Below, piece by piece: positions 47,842-61,894 of a stretch of DNA of 64,000 nt (positions are counted from its first letter, which is position 1; each line of letters starts with the position of its first letter). Below the pieces are notes generated by a model. It saw nothing but the letters and a program-made list of their open reading frames with translations. It had not been told where the DNA came from and searched no databases. Origin of the DNA: Octopus sinensis (taxonomy: Eukaryota); assembly GCF_006345805.1 (NCBI RefSeq), contig NW_021836180.1, positions 62,001 to 126,000 on the forward strand, read 5' to 3'. The position numbers and the translations under genes are program-made.

Positions 47842-50136
47842 CTAGGCAACCATTTTGTTTTTTATGAAGTTTGTAGCTTTTTCTAGTAACTTCTCTGAAT
47901 TCATTGGTTGTATATTCTGAGATTCCAGCCACTCAATTGCTTTCTTTTCCATTAATTCCCATTCACAATGCTGGGAAGCTATTTTTTCTCTTAGTACAGC
48001 AACAACAAGAGCTGTAGCCCATACTTTATCACTAAGAGATGGATTCTCATCGTTCAGATCCTTAAGAGAAATATTGAGAGCTTGAGCCAATTGATCATCT
48101 AGATTCCAGAAACCAGAGAAAGCTTGTAGATCAACCAAACATGTTAAAATGTCCTTAATTGTTCCCTTTGAAGAGGTTAAGTCTGAGTGAGGCGACTGTC
48201 TTGAATTCTCAGCATTTATACTTAAGGAATTATTTATGGAAGCATACATTCCAGCAATAACTTCTCTTGGACGTACTGGCATTGGCTCTGATTGTTGTAA
48301 AACTTTTTTGGACTTACACAAAAGTTTTGGTTGTGGCGAAGAAGCACAATAACGTATGGCTCTATGTTTTGGAGCTGCCATAGAGGCCATTTGAAAATCC
48401 AATCGAACATGTTCATCCAAACCAACAAAACTTGTGTACTTTGAAACTAAATTAGCCATTGTACCCAAATCGATAATCTCTGATTTTATTTCATCACCTT
48501 TACCCAAATCTTCATTTAATTCCAATTCCTGTATTTTCCTTTTCACACAAAGACGGTGTATTGTCATTTCCTTATTATTCTGTCCCAACAGACTTGCTTC
48601 AAAATCAAGTGAAAAGTCTGATTCACCAATTTTACCACAAAGATTCAATTTCACATTTTTGCAACTAGTCTCAGCTTCATGCAAAACTAGATAAAGGATT
48701 AATTTTTCTTCACTGAAAATACATGGCAGCCTTTCTGGAACTGAAATAAAGGATAATTCTTTATTGTTTTCACCATGTTTAGCAGAGAGACAAACCGAAG
48801 ATACAAATGGTTGCATTGACAATTTTAATAAACGCATAACTTTTGCCTTAAGGTTGTCGTTTGTCATCACAAACTCTGCTTGTCCCTTCCCTGCGCGGGC
48901 AATACCTTTGACCAATTCTGTAGAAGCTCCAGAACCAATACCAATTGTGAAGTATCGTGTGTTGTTTACTTGTGACTTGACCAATTGAATGACATCGTTT
49001 GTGTTGTAGACAGCACCATCAGTTATTAAGAATACTTGTCGATGGAAATTTTGAAATGGTTTTTTGTCAGAGAGTGATTTCAGTGCACTAAGAATTTCTG
49101 TCCCTCCCGAAGCATATAGATTTTTCTGAAATTTCAATGCTTCATTCAGAGAATCTTCACTATATTCTCGGCTTCCTTCTTTGAACAGAAATTCAAAATC
49201 ATTATTGAAGCTGATAGCATTAAATGAGCAACCCAAAGGTAAACTTTTTAAGAAAAGTAACAAAGTATCTTTTGCTGCTTCAATTTTCTCTCCACTCATG
49301 CTTCCTGAGCGATCAATAACAAAAATATAGTCATTAGCGGCAGATTGTTTTACTTGCGGAAGTTCTGGAAACACATTTATCATCATAATATCTTTAGAAA
49401 ACATTCCTTTAGAATTCTCATCTCTTTTCTCTAAAATTACTTGTGGTTTTTCTACATCTTCATAGTACACTTGCAGAAGAAGGTCTTTCTCAAAATTGAA
49501 TTCCTTTGCCATTCTCACAGTAGCATGACACTTGTTATCCTGATATTCCACGTTAACTGGATGTTCTGATTTGATGTCTTTGATTTGTGAATTCCAGTTG
49601 ACAGAGGCATTGAAACTAAACTCTTTTGGTTTAGGTGCATTTTGATAATTTTCATCTGCAGGTTTAAGACCATATCTGGGATTAAGCACAAATGGCATAT
49701 GAAATTTCACTGCCCCATCAACTTCACAAGAAAGTTCAGAAACAAGGCATATTTGTAAATGGATCTTTTCATTTGCTGGAATATTACCTAAACTATACTC
49801 AAAAATATCGCCAGATGTACTTGTCTCTCGCAACAAAATGGCAGACTGACCTTTATCTACAGCTTGTTTGTATTCCTTTTTGGCAACATCTTTGTCTTTA
49901 GATTTGGCAACTAAATGGACATCACCAATTTTAGCTTCGAATTTATATACGGCACTGTCTTCTTCCACAGGGAAAACAAACTTAGCTTCTGTCTTGTGTT
50001 GGCTTTCATTTATATATTCAGCCTCGATGTTGACGTGTGACGTAAAACCATTAATGGAAATCGTGTGTGTGGCATAGAGAAGAGAAACCTTTGTTTTATT
50101 TTCACAGATGATTCCAAATACCATTAGTCTATTCAT
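47842..50136 (-). CDS. VWA5A: VWA5A-like protein, copy 3 (764 aa, intact); 89-aa cassette
   Basis: Uninterrupted ORF; MIDAS DRSGS...GGT...ITDG; same domain layout as copy 1. Confidence 0.92.
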   Translation of the reverse strand: MNRLMVFGIICENKTKVSLLYATHTISINGFTSHVNIEAEYINESQHKTEAKFVFPVEEDSAVYKFEAKIGDVHLVAKSKDKDVAKKEYKQAVDKGQSAILLRETSTSGDIFEYSLGNIPANEKIHLQICLVSELSCEVDGAVKFHMPFVLNPRYGLKPADENYQNAPKPKEFSFNASVNWNSQIKDIKSEHPVNVEYQDNKCHATVRMAKEFNFEKDLLLQVYYEDVEKPQVILEKRDENSKGMFSKDIMMINVFPELPQVKQSAANDYIFVIDRSGSMSGEKIEAAKDTLLLFLKSLPLGCSFNAISFNNDFEFLFKEGSREYSEDSLNEALKFQKNLYASGGTEILSALKSLSDKKPFQNFHRQVFLITDGAVYNTNDVIQLVKSQVNNTRYFTIGIGSGASTELVKGIARAGKGQAEFVMTNDNLKAKVMRLLKLSMQPFVSSVCLSAKHGENNKELSFISVPERLPCIFSEEKLILYLVLHEAETSCKNVKLNLCGKIGESDFSLDFEASLLGQNNKEMTIHRLCVKRKIQELELNEDLGKGDEIKSEIIDLGTMANLVSKYTSFVGLDEHVRLDFQMASMAAPKHRAIRYCASSPQPKLLCKSKKVLQQSEPMPVRPREVIAGMYASINNSLSINAENSRQSPHSDLTSSKGTIKDILTCLVDLQAFSGFWNLDDQLAQALNISLKDLNDENPSLSDKVWATALVVAVLREKIASQHCEWELMEKKAIEWLESQNIQPMNSEKLLEKATNFIKNKMVA

Positions 50137-53100
50137 GTTTGCAATGAAAGTGCTAGATAAAATAGAAGGAGAAACATCTTATTTAGAAATGATATATACA
50201 TGTTGCATTTAAAAGGTTATTTTATTTTTGGTGAGAGATGATAGTGCTAAGTAAATATGACTTCTAATTGCCAGGTCCATTGACAGCAGTTATCCTGATA
50301 ATGTTCTTGGAGGTGCACATGTATGTGTGTGTGGAAGTATGAAGAATCTATTACCACTGCTGTTGCTGCTACAACTCCTACTACTACAAAAAGTACTGTT
50401 GCCACTGGTTGTGCCCTTGTGCTGGTGAATGAGGTAGAGATGGTACACAAATGATGACAATGTTGTCAGAGACAATCATATTTTGCTCCAGCTTGACCTT
50501 GTTCCTCCACAATGATAGTGAAAAGTGTATTGCCCATGACAATCCCATCTCTGTACATACACAGCTTATCTAGTTCTACATTATATAGTGTGATCCTCCT
50601 CATTTAGAGATGGCTGAGTGTGATATGAGGGAGAATTTGTTACTGTTTCTTGTTGGTATGTTATTGTTGTTGAAACTTAAGTCAAACCTAAACAGACAAA
50701 ACTATAATAAAAATAAATTCTAGTCACAATCAAGCCATCTCTCATGACACAGTTTATCTTAGACTATATCATCCTATGTGTTCTTCCTATGTTTTAAAGA
50801 CTGCAGGTCATGACTTGAGAGAGGTGCTTGTTACTTATAGCAGGTCAATAAACCCCATAGTGTATATTGAATTGGCTCATTATGTTTACTGTTGTTGTTG
50901 TTGTTGTTATCATCATCATTATCATCATCATCAAAGCGGCAAACTCGCAGAATCGTTAGCATGCTGGGTGAAATGCTTAGCCGTATTTTGTCTGCTGCTA
51001 TGTTCTGATTTCAAATTCTGGTCAACTTTGATTTTCATCCTTTCCGAGTCGATAAATTAAGTACCAGTTAAACACTGGGGTCAATGTAATCAACTAGTCC
51101 CCTCCCACCAAATTTCAGGATTATTATTATTATTATGTGAAGGTGCAAGGCTCAGTGGTTAGAGCATCGAGCTTACAATCGTGAGGTTGTGAGTTCAAAT
51201 CTCGGAGCGGGCTGCGTGTTGTGTTCTTGAGCAAGACACTTTATTTCACATTGCTCTAGTTCACTGAGCTGTAGAAATGAGTTGTGACGTCACAGGTGCC
51301 AAGCTGTATTGGCCCTTTTGCCTTTCCCTTGGATAACACTGGTGGTGTGGAGAGGGGAGGCTGGAATGCGTGGGCGACTGCCGGTCTTCCATAAACAACC
51401 TTGCCCGGACTTGTGCCTGAGAGGGTAACTTTCAAGGTGCAATCCCATGGTCAGTCATGACCGAAGAGGGTCTCAGCTCAGCATTATTATTATTATCATA
51501 ATTATTATTAAGGCAGTGAGCAGGCAGAATCGTTAGCATACCAGGCAAAATGCTAACCAGTATTTTACTTGTCTTCACAGTCTGAGTTTAAATTCTGCCA
51601 AGGTTGACTTTGCCTTTCATCCTCTTAGGGTCAATAAAATAAGTACCAGTTGATCATCGGTGTTTACATTGATCACTGGAGTCGATGTAGTGTACTTCCC
51701 CTTTCCCTGAAAACTGCTGGCCTTGTGCCAAAATTTGAAACTATTATCATTTTTTGTCAGGGCATGGATTGGTAGAATCACTGGCGCATGGGGTAAAATG
51801 TTATGTGTTGTTTCTTCTGGCTCTTTATGTCCTGAGTTCAAATCCCACCAAGGTCAATTTTGCCTTTATTCTTTCAGATTCAACAAAATCAAGAAACAGT
51901 TAAATACTGGTGTCCATGGTACCAATTAAGCCCCTTCTACTCCCATTTCAAAATTTCAGGCCCTTTGCCCACATTAGAAATTATGATTTGTATTAATTAT
52001 TATCTCGTCAGTGATGAGTGAGCAGACTCGTTAGAATGTTGAACAAAATATTTAGTGGTATTTCATTCACTAAAACTGCTGGCCTTGTGCCAAAATCTGA
52101 AATCATTATCTGTGGTAGTAGTAGTAGTAGTAGTAGTAGTAGCAGTAGTAGTACAAATGGGAGTAGTAGAAGCAGCAGCTTTAGTCATTTTTATTTTAGC
52201 TCAGACATGATTAAGGTAACCTAATTTCAAAGGTATTCTAACCATTAAAATCCTGTCTTTTTGTTAATTGAAGGAGGCTTGGCACTAGTTCTAGCATGTT
52301 GAGTGACTACATAGCATAAGAATGAAAGTAATTTTAAGGAATGCTCTCAAAAGCTATTCAAATAAACTGATATTGCCCTCAAATTTCGAAATGCATAAAA
52401 ATACAGCAATCGGTCATAGACTCATGTCATGTATTAATTATATATACTCTTCTACTTGTTTCAGTCATTTGACTGTGGCCATGCTGGAGCACCGCCTTAA
52501 GTCGAACAAATCGACCCCAGGACTTATTCTTTGTAAGCCTAGTACTTATTCTATTGGTCTCTTTTGCTGAACTGCTAAGTTACGGGGATGTAAACACACC
52601 ACCATCGGTTGTCAAGCTATGTTGGGGAGAACAAACACAAACACATAAACACTCACACAAGTATACATATATATATATATATATACGACGGGCTTAGTTT
52701 CCATCTACCAAATCCACTCACAAGGCTTTGGTTGGCCCGAGGCTATAGTAGAAGGCACTTGCCCAAGGTGCCATGCAGTGGGAATGAACCTGGAACCATG
52801 TGGTTGGTAAGCAAACTACTTACCTCACAGCCACTCCTGCACCTATATAAAAAATGAAATATGCAGCATGTTGACAGAGCGGCTAACTGGCTTCCATACC
52901 AGTGGCACATAAAAAGCACCATTCGTGTGTGATCGTTACCAGTATTGCCTTACTAGCACTTGTGCCCGTGCTAGTAGGGTGCCAAGAGCACCATCCGAGT
53001 GTGATTGTTGCCACAGGGCACCATTCATGCATGAACGTTACCAGCGCGGCCTTACTGGCACCTGTGCCGGTAGCACGTGTAAAAAGATTCGAGCGAGGTC

Positions 53101-56100
53101 ATTGCCAGTACCGCCTGACTGGCCTCCGTGCAGATGGCATGTAAAAAGCACTCACTACACTCTCGGAGTGGTTGGCGTTAGGAATGGCATCCAGCTGTAG
53201 AAACTCTGCCAGATCAAGATTGGAGCCCGGTGCAGCCATCTGGTTTGCCAGCCCTCAGTCAAAATCGTCCAACCCGTGCTAGCATGGAAAGCGGACGTTA
53301 AACGATGATGATGATGATGATGTGAATTTCGTGCGCAGAAACTGTGTGGAAGCCATCTTTGTGTCTGAGTATAATATATATATGAATATATGTGTGTGTG
53401 TTTGTGTGTATGAGCACAGGTGTAGCTGTGTGGTAAGAAGTTTGCTTCCCAACCATATGCTTCTAGGTTCAGTCCCACAGGGTGGAACATTTGAGCAAAT
53501 GTCTTCTACTATAGCCTCGGGGACAAGTGAAGCCTAATAAGTGGATTTGGTAGACAGAATCAGAAAGAAGCACAGTGTGTGTATGTGTGTGTGAGAGAGA
53601 GAGTATTTCTTTATTCACCACAAGGTTGAGAAAAAGAGGGGACAAAACAAACGTTGGGGTCAGGGTATCGAATGAGACGAAACGTATGAATAAACAAACA
53701 ATTAAAATCTATACAATTAAATGAGAATGAGTGAATAACAAAAAATGAAGCAGAGGACGCAGTTGACCCCACAAACCCCATACTCACACTGAAGACTTTG
53801 CTTTCTCCTTTTTTACATTCTCAATTAAACAGGTTCTTTCACTCGCAACATATTTGCTATAGACTTCTATCTTTTACGAAACACACTTTGCGACAGGCAT
53901 TTCTTCTCCAGCCTTATTTTCCGTTTCATGTGGAAAACGAAAAAGTTGATTAGCTGGAGACTGGAGATAAACATGCCTGTTGCAATTCCTTTTACTCTCG
54001 TCTTCTTTCACCATAGCAACTACCGAGAGAAAACAGGCTCGCTCCTCCCTAAGAGTTCGTGTATCTCCTTTTGTCCTCCACCACAACTGGTGTTTGTTTG
54101 CTTAAGTGTATGTAACTTAGCAGTTCGACAAAATAACCAACAGAATGAGAACCAGGGTTAAACAAAAAATATTGGAGTCAATTCGTTTGGCTAAAATCTC
54201 TTCAAGATGGTGCCCCAGTGTGGAATGACGTCAGCAGCTGGACGTCAGCAGCCGGGTGCGTTGACCGGAAGCTAGGGCAACCGGAAGGGGTCAGCGTCAG
54301 GCGTGCGCAGGGAGCGGGGAATTGCGCCCTTTCCAACGTGGGTCGTGGAGGTGACAAGACGTGTGAGGACGTCGCTAAGGATTTGGGCTAGCAGCTGCTA
54401 TCGTTAGTGTTCGGGTCGGGGCTGTGTGGAAGGACTAGTCACCGCTGGAGGGTCTCCGTCACTAAGAAGAGAAGGTAGGTGCCTCTATATTCAAATCGCG
54501 CACACACTACAAGCTATTTCGGCCATTCTTAAACATTTACATTTTTTTCAACACGATGTCCGCAAAAATTAGGATCGCCAGTGACGTCGTCAGACCTTTT
54601 AGTAGCGAAGGCGATGTAGTGGCCTGGATTTGCAAAATCAGGCTGGTGGCAAGACTGCAGGGCATAAGCGACGTGGCGAGTCTTATGGCGCTGTATTTAG
54701 AAGGGAGTGCGTTAACGCTATACCTAGAGATGGATGAAGAGGAACGGCTCAGCGAGGAGAATATAGAGCGACGCTTGTGTGATGCCTACACGGAATGCGA
54801 GTACACAGCTTTTGCTAAGCTAGGTGCAATCAGGTGGACGGGAGGCCAAGTGGATGACTTTGCATCAGAAGTTAGAAGGCTGGCGACTCTGGCCGGGTTT
54901 GCGGGAGAGGGACTGGAGAGAGCAGCCTGATTGGCGTTCGTGAATGGGTTCCCCGACGATGTAGGGATTCACCTACAACGACTGCCCGGGGTTAAAAAGA
55001 TGCCGTTGAGCGAACTTGTAGCTCAGGCTCGCGTGTTGACGAGACACTCTGGGCGGAAGGCGATAGCGATGGCGGTGACGGAGGCGCGTAAAGACGGACG
55101 ACGTCCCGAGAAAGAGGTACAGAAGTTTACCGTGCAACGACAGCGGCCGTTCTCAGGACGGTGTTTTAGATGCCAGGGACCACACATGGCGCGGGACTGT
55201 ATGCAGCCGGGGCCCGTTTGCTATCGATGCAGGCAGACAGGGCACATTGCCCGTGATTGCGACCAGGGAAACGACCGCGGGGAAATTGCTGCTTCTCGAA
55301 CTTTCCCCTCAAATGAGTAGAGGTGCTATTGGAGACACTGCCATTGATTGACGTGGAGGCCGAGGGGGAGACGTTCAAGGCCCTTGTGGATACGGGCTGT
55401 ACGACCACCCTGGTGACTTAGAGGGTGACGAAGGAATGGAACGGGGTGAGTAGTGTCCGGGCGGTCGACGGCAGTGAAATCCGTTGCAGAGGCAGCAGCA
55501 AGGTAGAGATAGTGGTGCGCGGCACGACGCTAAGGCTGCAGGCAATTGTGGCCGAACGCATGATAGATGGAGTTGACGTGGTGATGGGGATGGACGCCAT
55601 CAACTGCCTCGGTGGCGTCAGTGTTGTGGGAAATGAGGTCATGTTCGGAAGCGTGGGGGCGTCGTGCACTGCAAGTCAGGATCGCCAGAGAGAGCAGAGC
55701 CCCGCGAGGGACTGTGCAGCTTACACCATCGAGGACAAAGACTTTCAGGCTGCGTTCGATGGTCAGCGGTGGACGATAGAGTGGCGATGGAAGGACGGGC
55801 CCCCGACGCTGGAGAACAGGGTGAGCTGTTACCAGCATACCCTGAAAGGCCACGCCAGAGTCGAGTTTGAAGATGAGGTGGAGAGGTGGATCGAGGAAGG
55901 GGTCCTTGTCCCTTGGAAGGAGGAGGTAGCGGGCGGAGTGCTACTCCTGATGGTGGTGGTGCAGCCTACGAAGGGAAAAGTCAGACCGGTGCTGGACTTC
56001 AGGGAGCTAAACCAGCACATATCGTGTCACACGGGAGGTGAGGCGACAGACGTTTCTGGCGAGGCATTACGTAAGTGGAGACAGTCGACTGAGGCAGCGA

Positions 56101-59100
56101 CGATTGTCGACTTGAGATCGGCATACTTGCAGCTCCATGTGAGCGACAAACTGTGGCGATATCAGCTGGTGCAGTACAAGGGCCGGACGTACTGTCTAAC
56201 CAGGCTGGGTTTCGGGCTGAATTCCGCTCCGAAGATCATGGCGGCAGTGCTTAGGTCCGTCCTAGGGAAAGACGGCAAGATTAGAAAGGCCACCAGCTCC
56301 TACATTGACGACATTTTGGTGGACGAAACTGTAGTGCCAGCCGACGAGGTAGTTAGACATCTGGAGAAGTTCGGACTGATTGCTAAGCCACCGGAGTCGA
56401 TTGAAGGGGGAGCCGCGCTGGGGCTGAAGCTGCGAAGAGTTGGATCAGGTGAATTGGTGTTCTGGAGAGGAAATGAAATCCCAGAGCTGAGTTCCAGCGT
56501 CAGCAGGAGAGAGCTGTTCTCGGTGTGTGGGAAGTTGGTCGGTCACTACCCGATCGCTGGATGGCTGCGCACGGCGTGTAGTTATACCAAGAGACGAGCA
56601 GAAGGAGAGAGGTGAGGCGACAAGGTGGGAGAAGGGACGGTGGCGATGATGCAGGAAATCCTAGAGAGGACAAGAGCGGAAGACCCGGTCGGGGGGAACT
56701 GGTACGTGCCCAAGACGAAATGCGGGACCGTCTGGTGTGATGCTAGCAGTATAGCGATAGGGGTGGTATTGGCAATCGAAGGCACTGCGTTGGAGGACGC
56801 GGCCTGGCTTTGGAAAGCAGATGATTTCAACCACATCAATGTCGCCGAATTAGACGCGCTGCTGAAAGGGGTGAACTTGGCCTTGAAATGGGGGCTGCGC
56901 ACAATTGAAATCCGGACGGATTTGGCCACTGTGCTTGGCTGGGTAGGATCGGTGATCACTGGTGACAGGAGAGTGCGGACGAAAGGTGCTGTGGAGATGT
57001 TAGTGAAGCGCCGTCTAGGAGTTCTAGGTGAATTGATCGCCGAGTTCGGACTGAAGCTGAACGTGGTTTTCGAGCCTTCGGAGAAAAACAGGGCGGACGT
57101 ACTGACCAGGGTGAAAAGAGCGTGGTTGGAAGAACTGGAGGAGGCCCGGAAAGGGATAGCTGTGGCGTGTTGGTTGGATGACTCTGAACTGAAGAAACTG
57201 CATGATATGCATCACCTGGGTGTGGACAGGACCCTGTATCTGGCAAAAAAAATTGATGCTGACGTCACTAGGAGAAGCGTCCGGAAGGTGGTCGGGAGCT
57301 GTGACAGGTGTCAGTCCATCAACCCTGCTCCGTGTGGGCATGAACAGGGAAGCCTTTCCGTGGAGCAGGACTGGAAAAGGCTAGCTGTGGATGTGACACA
57401 CTACCGTCAGCGAATGTACCTCTTTATGATCGACTGCGGGCCGGGCCGGCTGGCCATTTGGAGGAGTTGAGATCGGGCATTGCTGACGAGATTGCGCAGA
57501 TCCTGAACGGGATATTTTTAGAGAGAGGTCCCTTGGAAGAACTACTGTTGGACAACTGGGCAGCGTTTCGTTCGGAAGCATTGAGGGTTATGCTTGATCG
57601 GTGGAATGTGCGACGCTTGTTCAGAGCAGCGTATAGGCTGAGCGGTAACGGGATCGTGGAGAGGCACCATCGGACAGTCAAGGCCATAGCGGAAAGAGGG
57701 CACATTTCGCCACTTGAAGCAGTTTTTTGGTACAACTTGTCTCCCCGATCCGGACAAGCTGAGGAATCTGTGCCGCAGAGAGCTGTGTTCAAATATGAAT
57801 GGAGGCACCCGAGCAAAGTGCCGGAGGGTCACGAGGAAGAGAAGGGACCCATTCGCGTGAAAATAGGGGAGGAAGTCTGGGTCAAGCCACCAAAGGCGCG
57901 CTGTACGTCTCAATGGAGCAGAGGAACGGTGACGGCGATCAATTCCAGAAGCAACGTATCCGTAGATGGAACACCACGACACGTCTTGGACCTTCGCAAG
58001 ATTGTTGCTTCGACGGACGATGATTCTGGAGAGGGGGAGAACGAGGAGCCCAGCTTGAGAAGATCTCGACGAGCAAGGCGCTCTCCCGGTTGGATGGTGG
58101 ACTACAACATGGAGCGGAGAGATTGTGATCTTTAAGATCAGGGTGGCGTGTGGGATGACGTCAGCAGCCGGGTGCGTTGACCGGAAGCTAGGGCAACCGG
58201 AAGGGGTCAGCGTCAGGCGTGCGCAGGGAGCGGGGAATTGCGCCCTTTCCAACGTGGGTCGTGGAGGTGACAAGATGTGTGAGGACGTCGCTAAGGGTTT
58301 GGGCTAGCAGCTGCTATCGTTAGTGTTCGGGTCGGGGCTGTGTGGAAGGACTAGTCACCGTTGGAGGGTCTCCGTCACTAAGAAGAGAAGGTAGGTGCCT
58401 CTATATTCAAATCGCGCACACACTACACCCAGTATGGCCACAGTCTAATGACTGAAGCAAATGTATATATATATATAAATATGAGGTAACAAACAAAGGA
58501 AAAAATTCCTTCAAAGGTATGTGTAAAACATCCAATTCACTTGTATGTTGGTTGAATACCACATAAATATGGGTATAATGCAAATTACATATAATAAATT
58601 AAATAGAGAGTTACAAATGACAATCAAATAATTTATTTATATCATAATATAACATAATATACTATGAATATAATATAAGAAACAATCATTTAAAAAAACA
58701 AAATAGCCAACAATTTGTTTCGACTTATATACATTTTTTAATATATAAACAATTCAATTCCCTTATATATAAGCCTCATCAGGGCAACTGGTGTGTAGAA
58801 AGACTTCTTCAGTGTTATGTGTCATGTCTTCAATATTTTGAAGAATTGTATTATTCGGAAGTGAAATATTTTCAGTCTCGCATCACTGCGTCTTGTTCCA
58901 TCATTTCGCTCGCTTTCTCTTTTTATTCTACTCGCTGGCATTCATTATTGTTAGGCCCTCAAAAGCGGCGAGCTGGTAGAATTGTTAGGATGCTGCACAA
59001 ATATATTAGCAGTATTTCTACCGGTGAAGGTGTATGGTTCAGTGGTTAAAGCGTCGATCTTACGACCATGAGGTTGTGAGTTCGAGTCCCAGACCGGGCT

Positions 59101-61587
59101 GCATGTTGTGTTCTTGAGCAAGACACTTTATTTCGCGTTGCTCCACTTCACTCAGCTGTAGAAATGAGTTGCAACGTCACAGGTGCCAAGCTGTATCAGC
59201 CCCTTTGCCTTTCCCTTGGATAACACTGGTGGCGTGAAGAGGGGAGGTCAGTATGCATGGGCGACTGCCGGTCTTCCATAAACAACCTTGCCCGGACTTG
59301 TGCCTCGGAGGGTAACTTTCTAGGTGCAATCCCACGGTCAGTCATGACCGAAAGGGGTCTCAATTCAAATTCAATAAGGGAATTGAATCGTTTGTATATT
59401 AAAAAATGTATATAAGTCGAAACATATTGTTGGCTGTTTTGTTTTTTCAAATAATTGTTAGTTACTCTTTTACTTGTTTCAGTCATTTGACTCCGGCCAT
59501 GCTGGAGCACCGCCTTTAATCGAGCAACTCGACCCCGGGACTTATTCTTTTGTAATCCTAGTACTTATTCTATCGGTCTCTTTTGCCAAACTGCTAAGTA
59601 ACGGGGACATAAACACACCAGCATCGGTTGTCAAGCAATGCTAGGGGGACAAACACAGACACACAAACGCACACACATACACACATATATATATATGTAT
59701 ATATATACATATATATATATATATACATATATACGACGAGCCTCTTTCAGTTTCCATCTACCAAATCCACTCACAAGGCTTTGGTCGGCCCGAGGCTATA
59801 GTAGAAGACACTTGCCCAAGGTGCCATGCAGTGGGACTGAACCTGGAACCATGTGGCTGGTTAGCAAGCTACTTACCACACAGCCACTCCTGCACCTATA
59901 TTATATTATATTCATAGTATATTATGTTATAATGTAAATAGATAATTGGATTGTCCTTTGTACAGCTTTCCTCATCCATTCATAGTACATGACCATACCA
60001 ATGAGAGACGTTTGTGTTGGTATGGTCATATACTGTGGATGGATGAGGAGAGCTGTGAAGAAGTGCCACTCCCAAACAGTGGTAGGAATCCAGGGTAGAG
60101 GGAGACCCAAGAAGACATAGGATGAGGTGGTGAAGCATGACCTTCAAATATTAAGCCTCACAGAGGCAATGACAAAAGACCGAGACCTCTGGAGGTATGC
60201 TGTGACTGAGAAGACCCCGCAAATAAAGTGAATCTTCAGTTGTAACCTACACCAGTGTTGCATAGCCAGCCCACTCAAAAGTACCTTGGATCGTAGAATG
60301 ACATGCCATTCTTGAGGTGACCTATTGAGTCAAGTAGATCAACATCAAATCAAATGGAAATTGTAGTTGTGAGCCCGTGCTGGTAGCACGTAAAAAGCAC
60401 CATCCAAATGTGGCCAATGCCAGTGCCGCTTTGACTGGCTTCCGTGCTGGTGGCATGTAAAAGGCACCCACTACACTCTTGGAGTGGTTGGTGTTAGGAA
60501 GGACATCCAGCTGTAGAAATACTGCCAGGTCAGATTGGGGCCTAGTGCAGCCTCCTGGTTTCCCAGACCCCAGTCGAACCGTCCAACACATGCCAGCATG
60601 AAAAACGGACGTTAAACGATGATGATGATGATGATTGATATTACTCTTTACTCTTTTACTTGTTTCGGTCATTTGACTGCGGCCATGCTAGAGCACCGCC
60701 TTTAACTGAGCAACTCGACCCCAGTTTGAACTCGGAATGTAGCGATGGGTGAAATCAATGAACAGTAATGACATGTTTGCAGGGTGAAAGCAAAAGATTG
60801 CCGATAAACGTTAGAAAAGCAATTCCTTCCTTTTCGCGTGCTGTGTTCAGCTCTAACTTGTTCTTTGTAAGCCTAGTACATCATCGTCGTTTAATGTCCG
60901 CTTTCCATGCTAGCATGGACGATTTTGACTGAGGGCTGGCAAACCAGATGGTCTTACCAGTCTCCAATCATGATATGGCAGAGTTTCTACAGCTGGATGC
61001 CCTTCCTAACACCAACCACTCCGAGAGTGTAGTGGAAGCTTTTTATGTGACACCGGCATGGGGGCCAGTCAGGCAGTTCTGGCAACGACCTCGCTTGAGT
61101 CTTTTTACACATGCCACCAGCACAGGTGCCAGTAAGGTGGCATTGGTAACAATCATGCTTGAATGGTGCCCTTTTACGTGCCACTGGCATGGAAGTCAGT
61201 TGGCTGCTCTGGCAACGATCACACTTGGATGGTGCTCTTGGCACCCTACTAGCATGGGCACAAGTGCCAGTAAGGCGACGCTGGTAACAATCACACTCGT
61301 ATGGTGCTCTTTGCACCCTGCCAGCATGGACGCCAGTCATCAAATTTGATTTTGATTTTGCTTTTGATTGGTTTGATTTGATTTTACTTGCCTCAACAGT
61401 CTTCACAAGCAGAGTTTTAGTGACCAAAGAAGGAAAGGTTATGCACAAGTGGGCTGGTTACGCCCCTGGCATAGGCCATGAGATTATGGTTTCATTTGGT
61501 TTGCCAAGTCTTCTCATGCACGGCATATTTCCAAGGGTCTCGGTCACTAGTCATTTCCTTGGTGAGGCCTGAAGTTCGAAGGTCGTG

Positions 61588-61635
<48 letters not shown>

Positions 61636-61848
61636 TATGTGTGTGTGTGTGTGTGTGTGACTGCGTGTGTATTGTTGGCGATTTTCTTTTTCTGTCTTCC
61701 CTTCCTTGGACCTTTCCTCTTTCTGCTTCTGATGAAGAGCTCCACTCGAAACTTTAAATCCTCCTTCTTTCTTTCCTTCCAAATAACACTATACTTGTTC
61801 CCCGTCCTTGCGTTGTTGTGTTTTCTCTTTGTTCATGTTCGGATTAAC

Positions 61849-61894
<46 letters not shown>

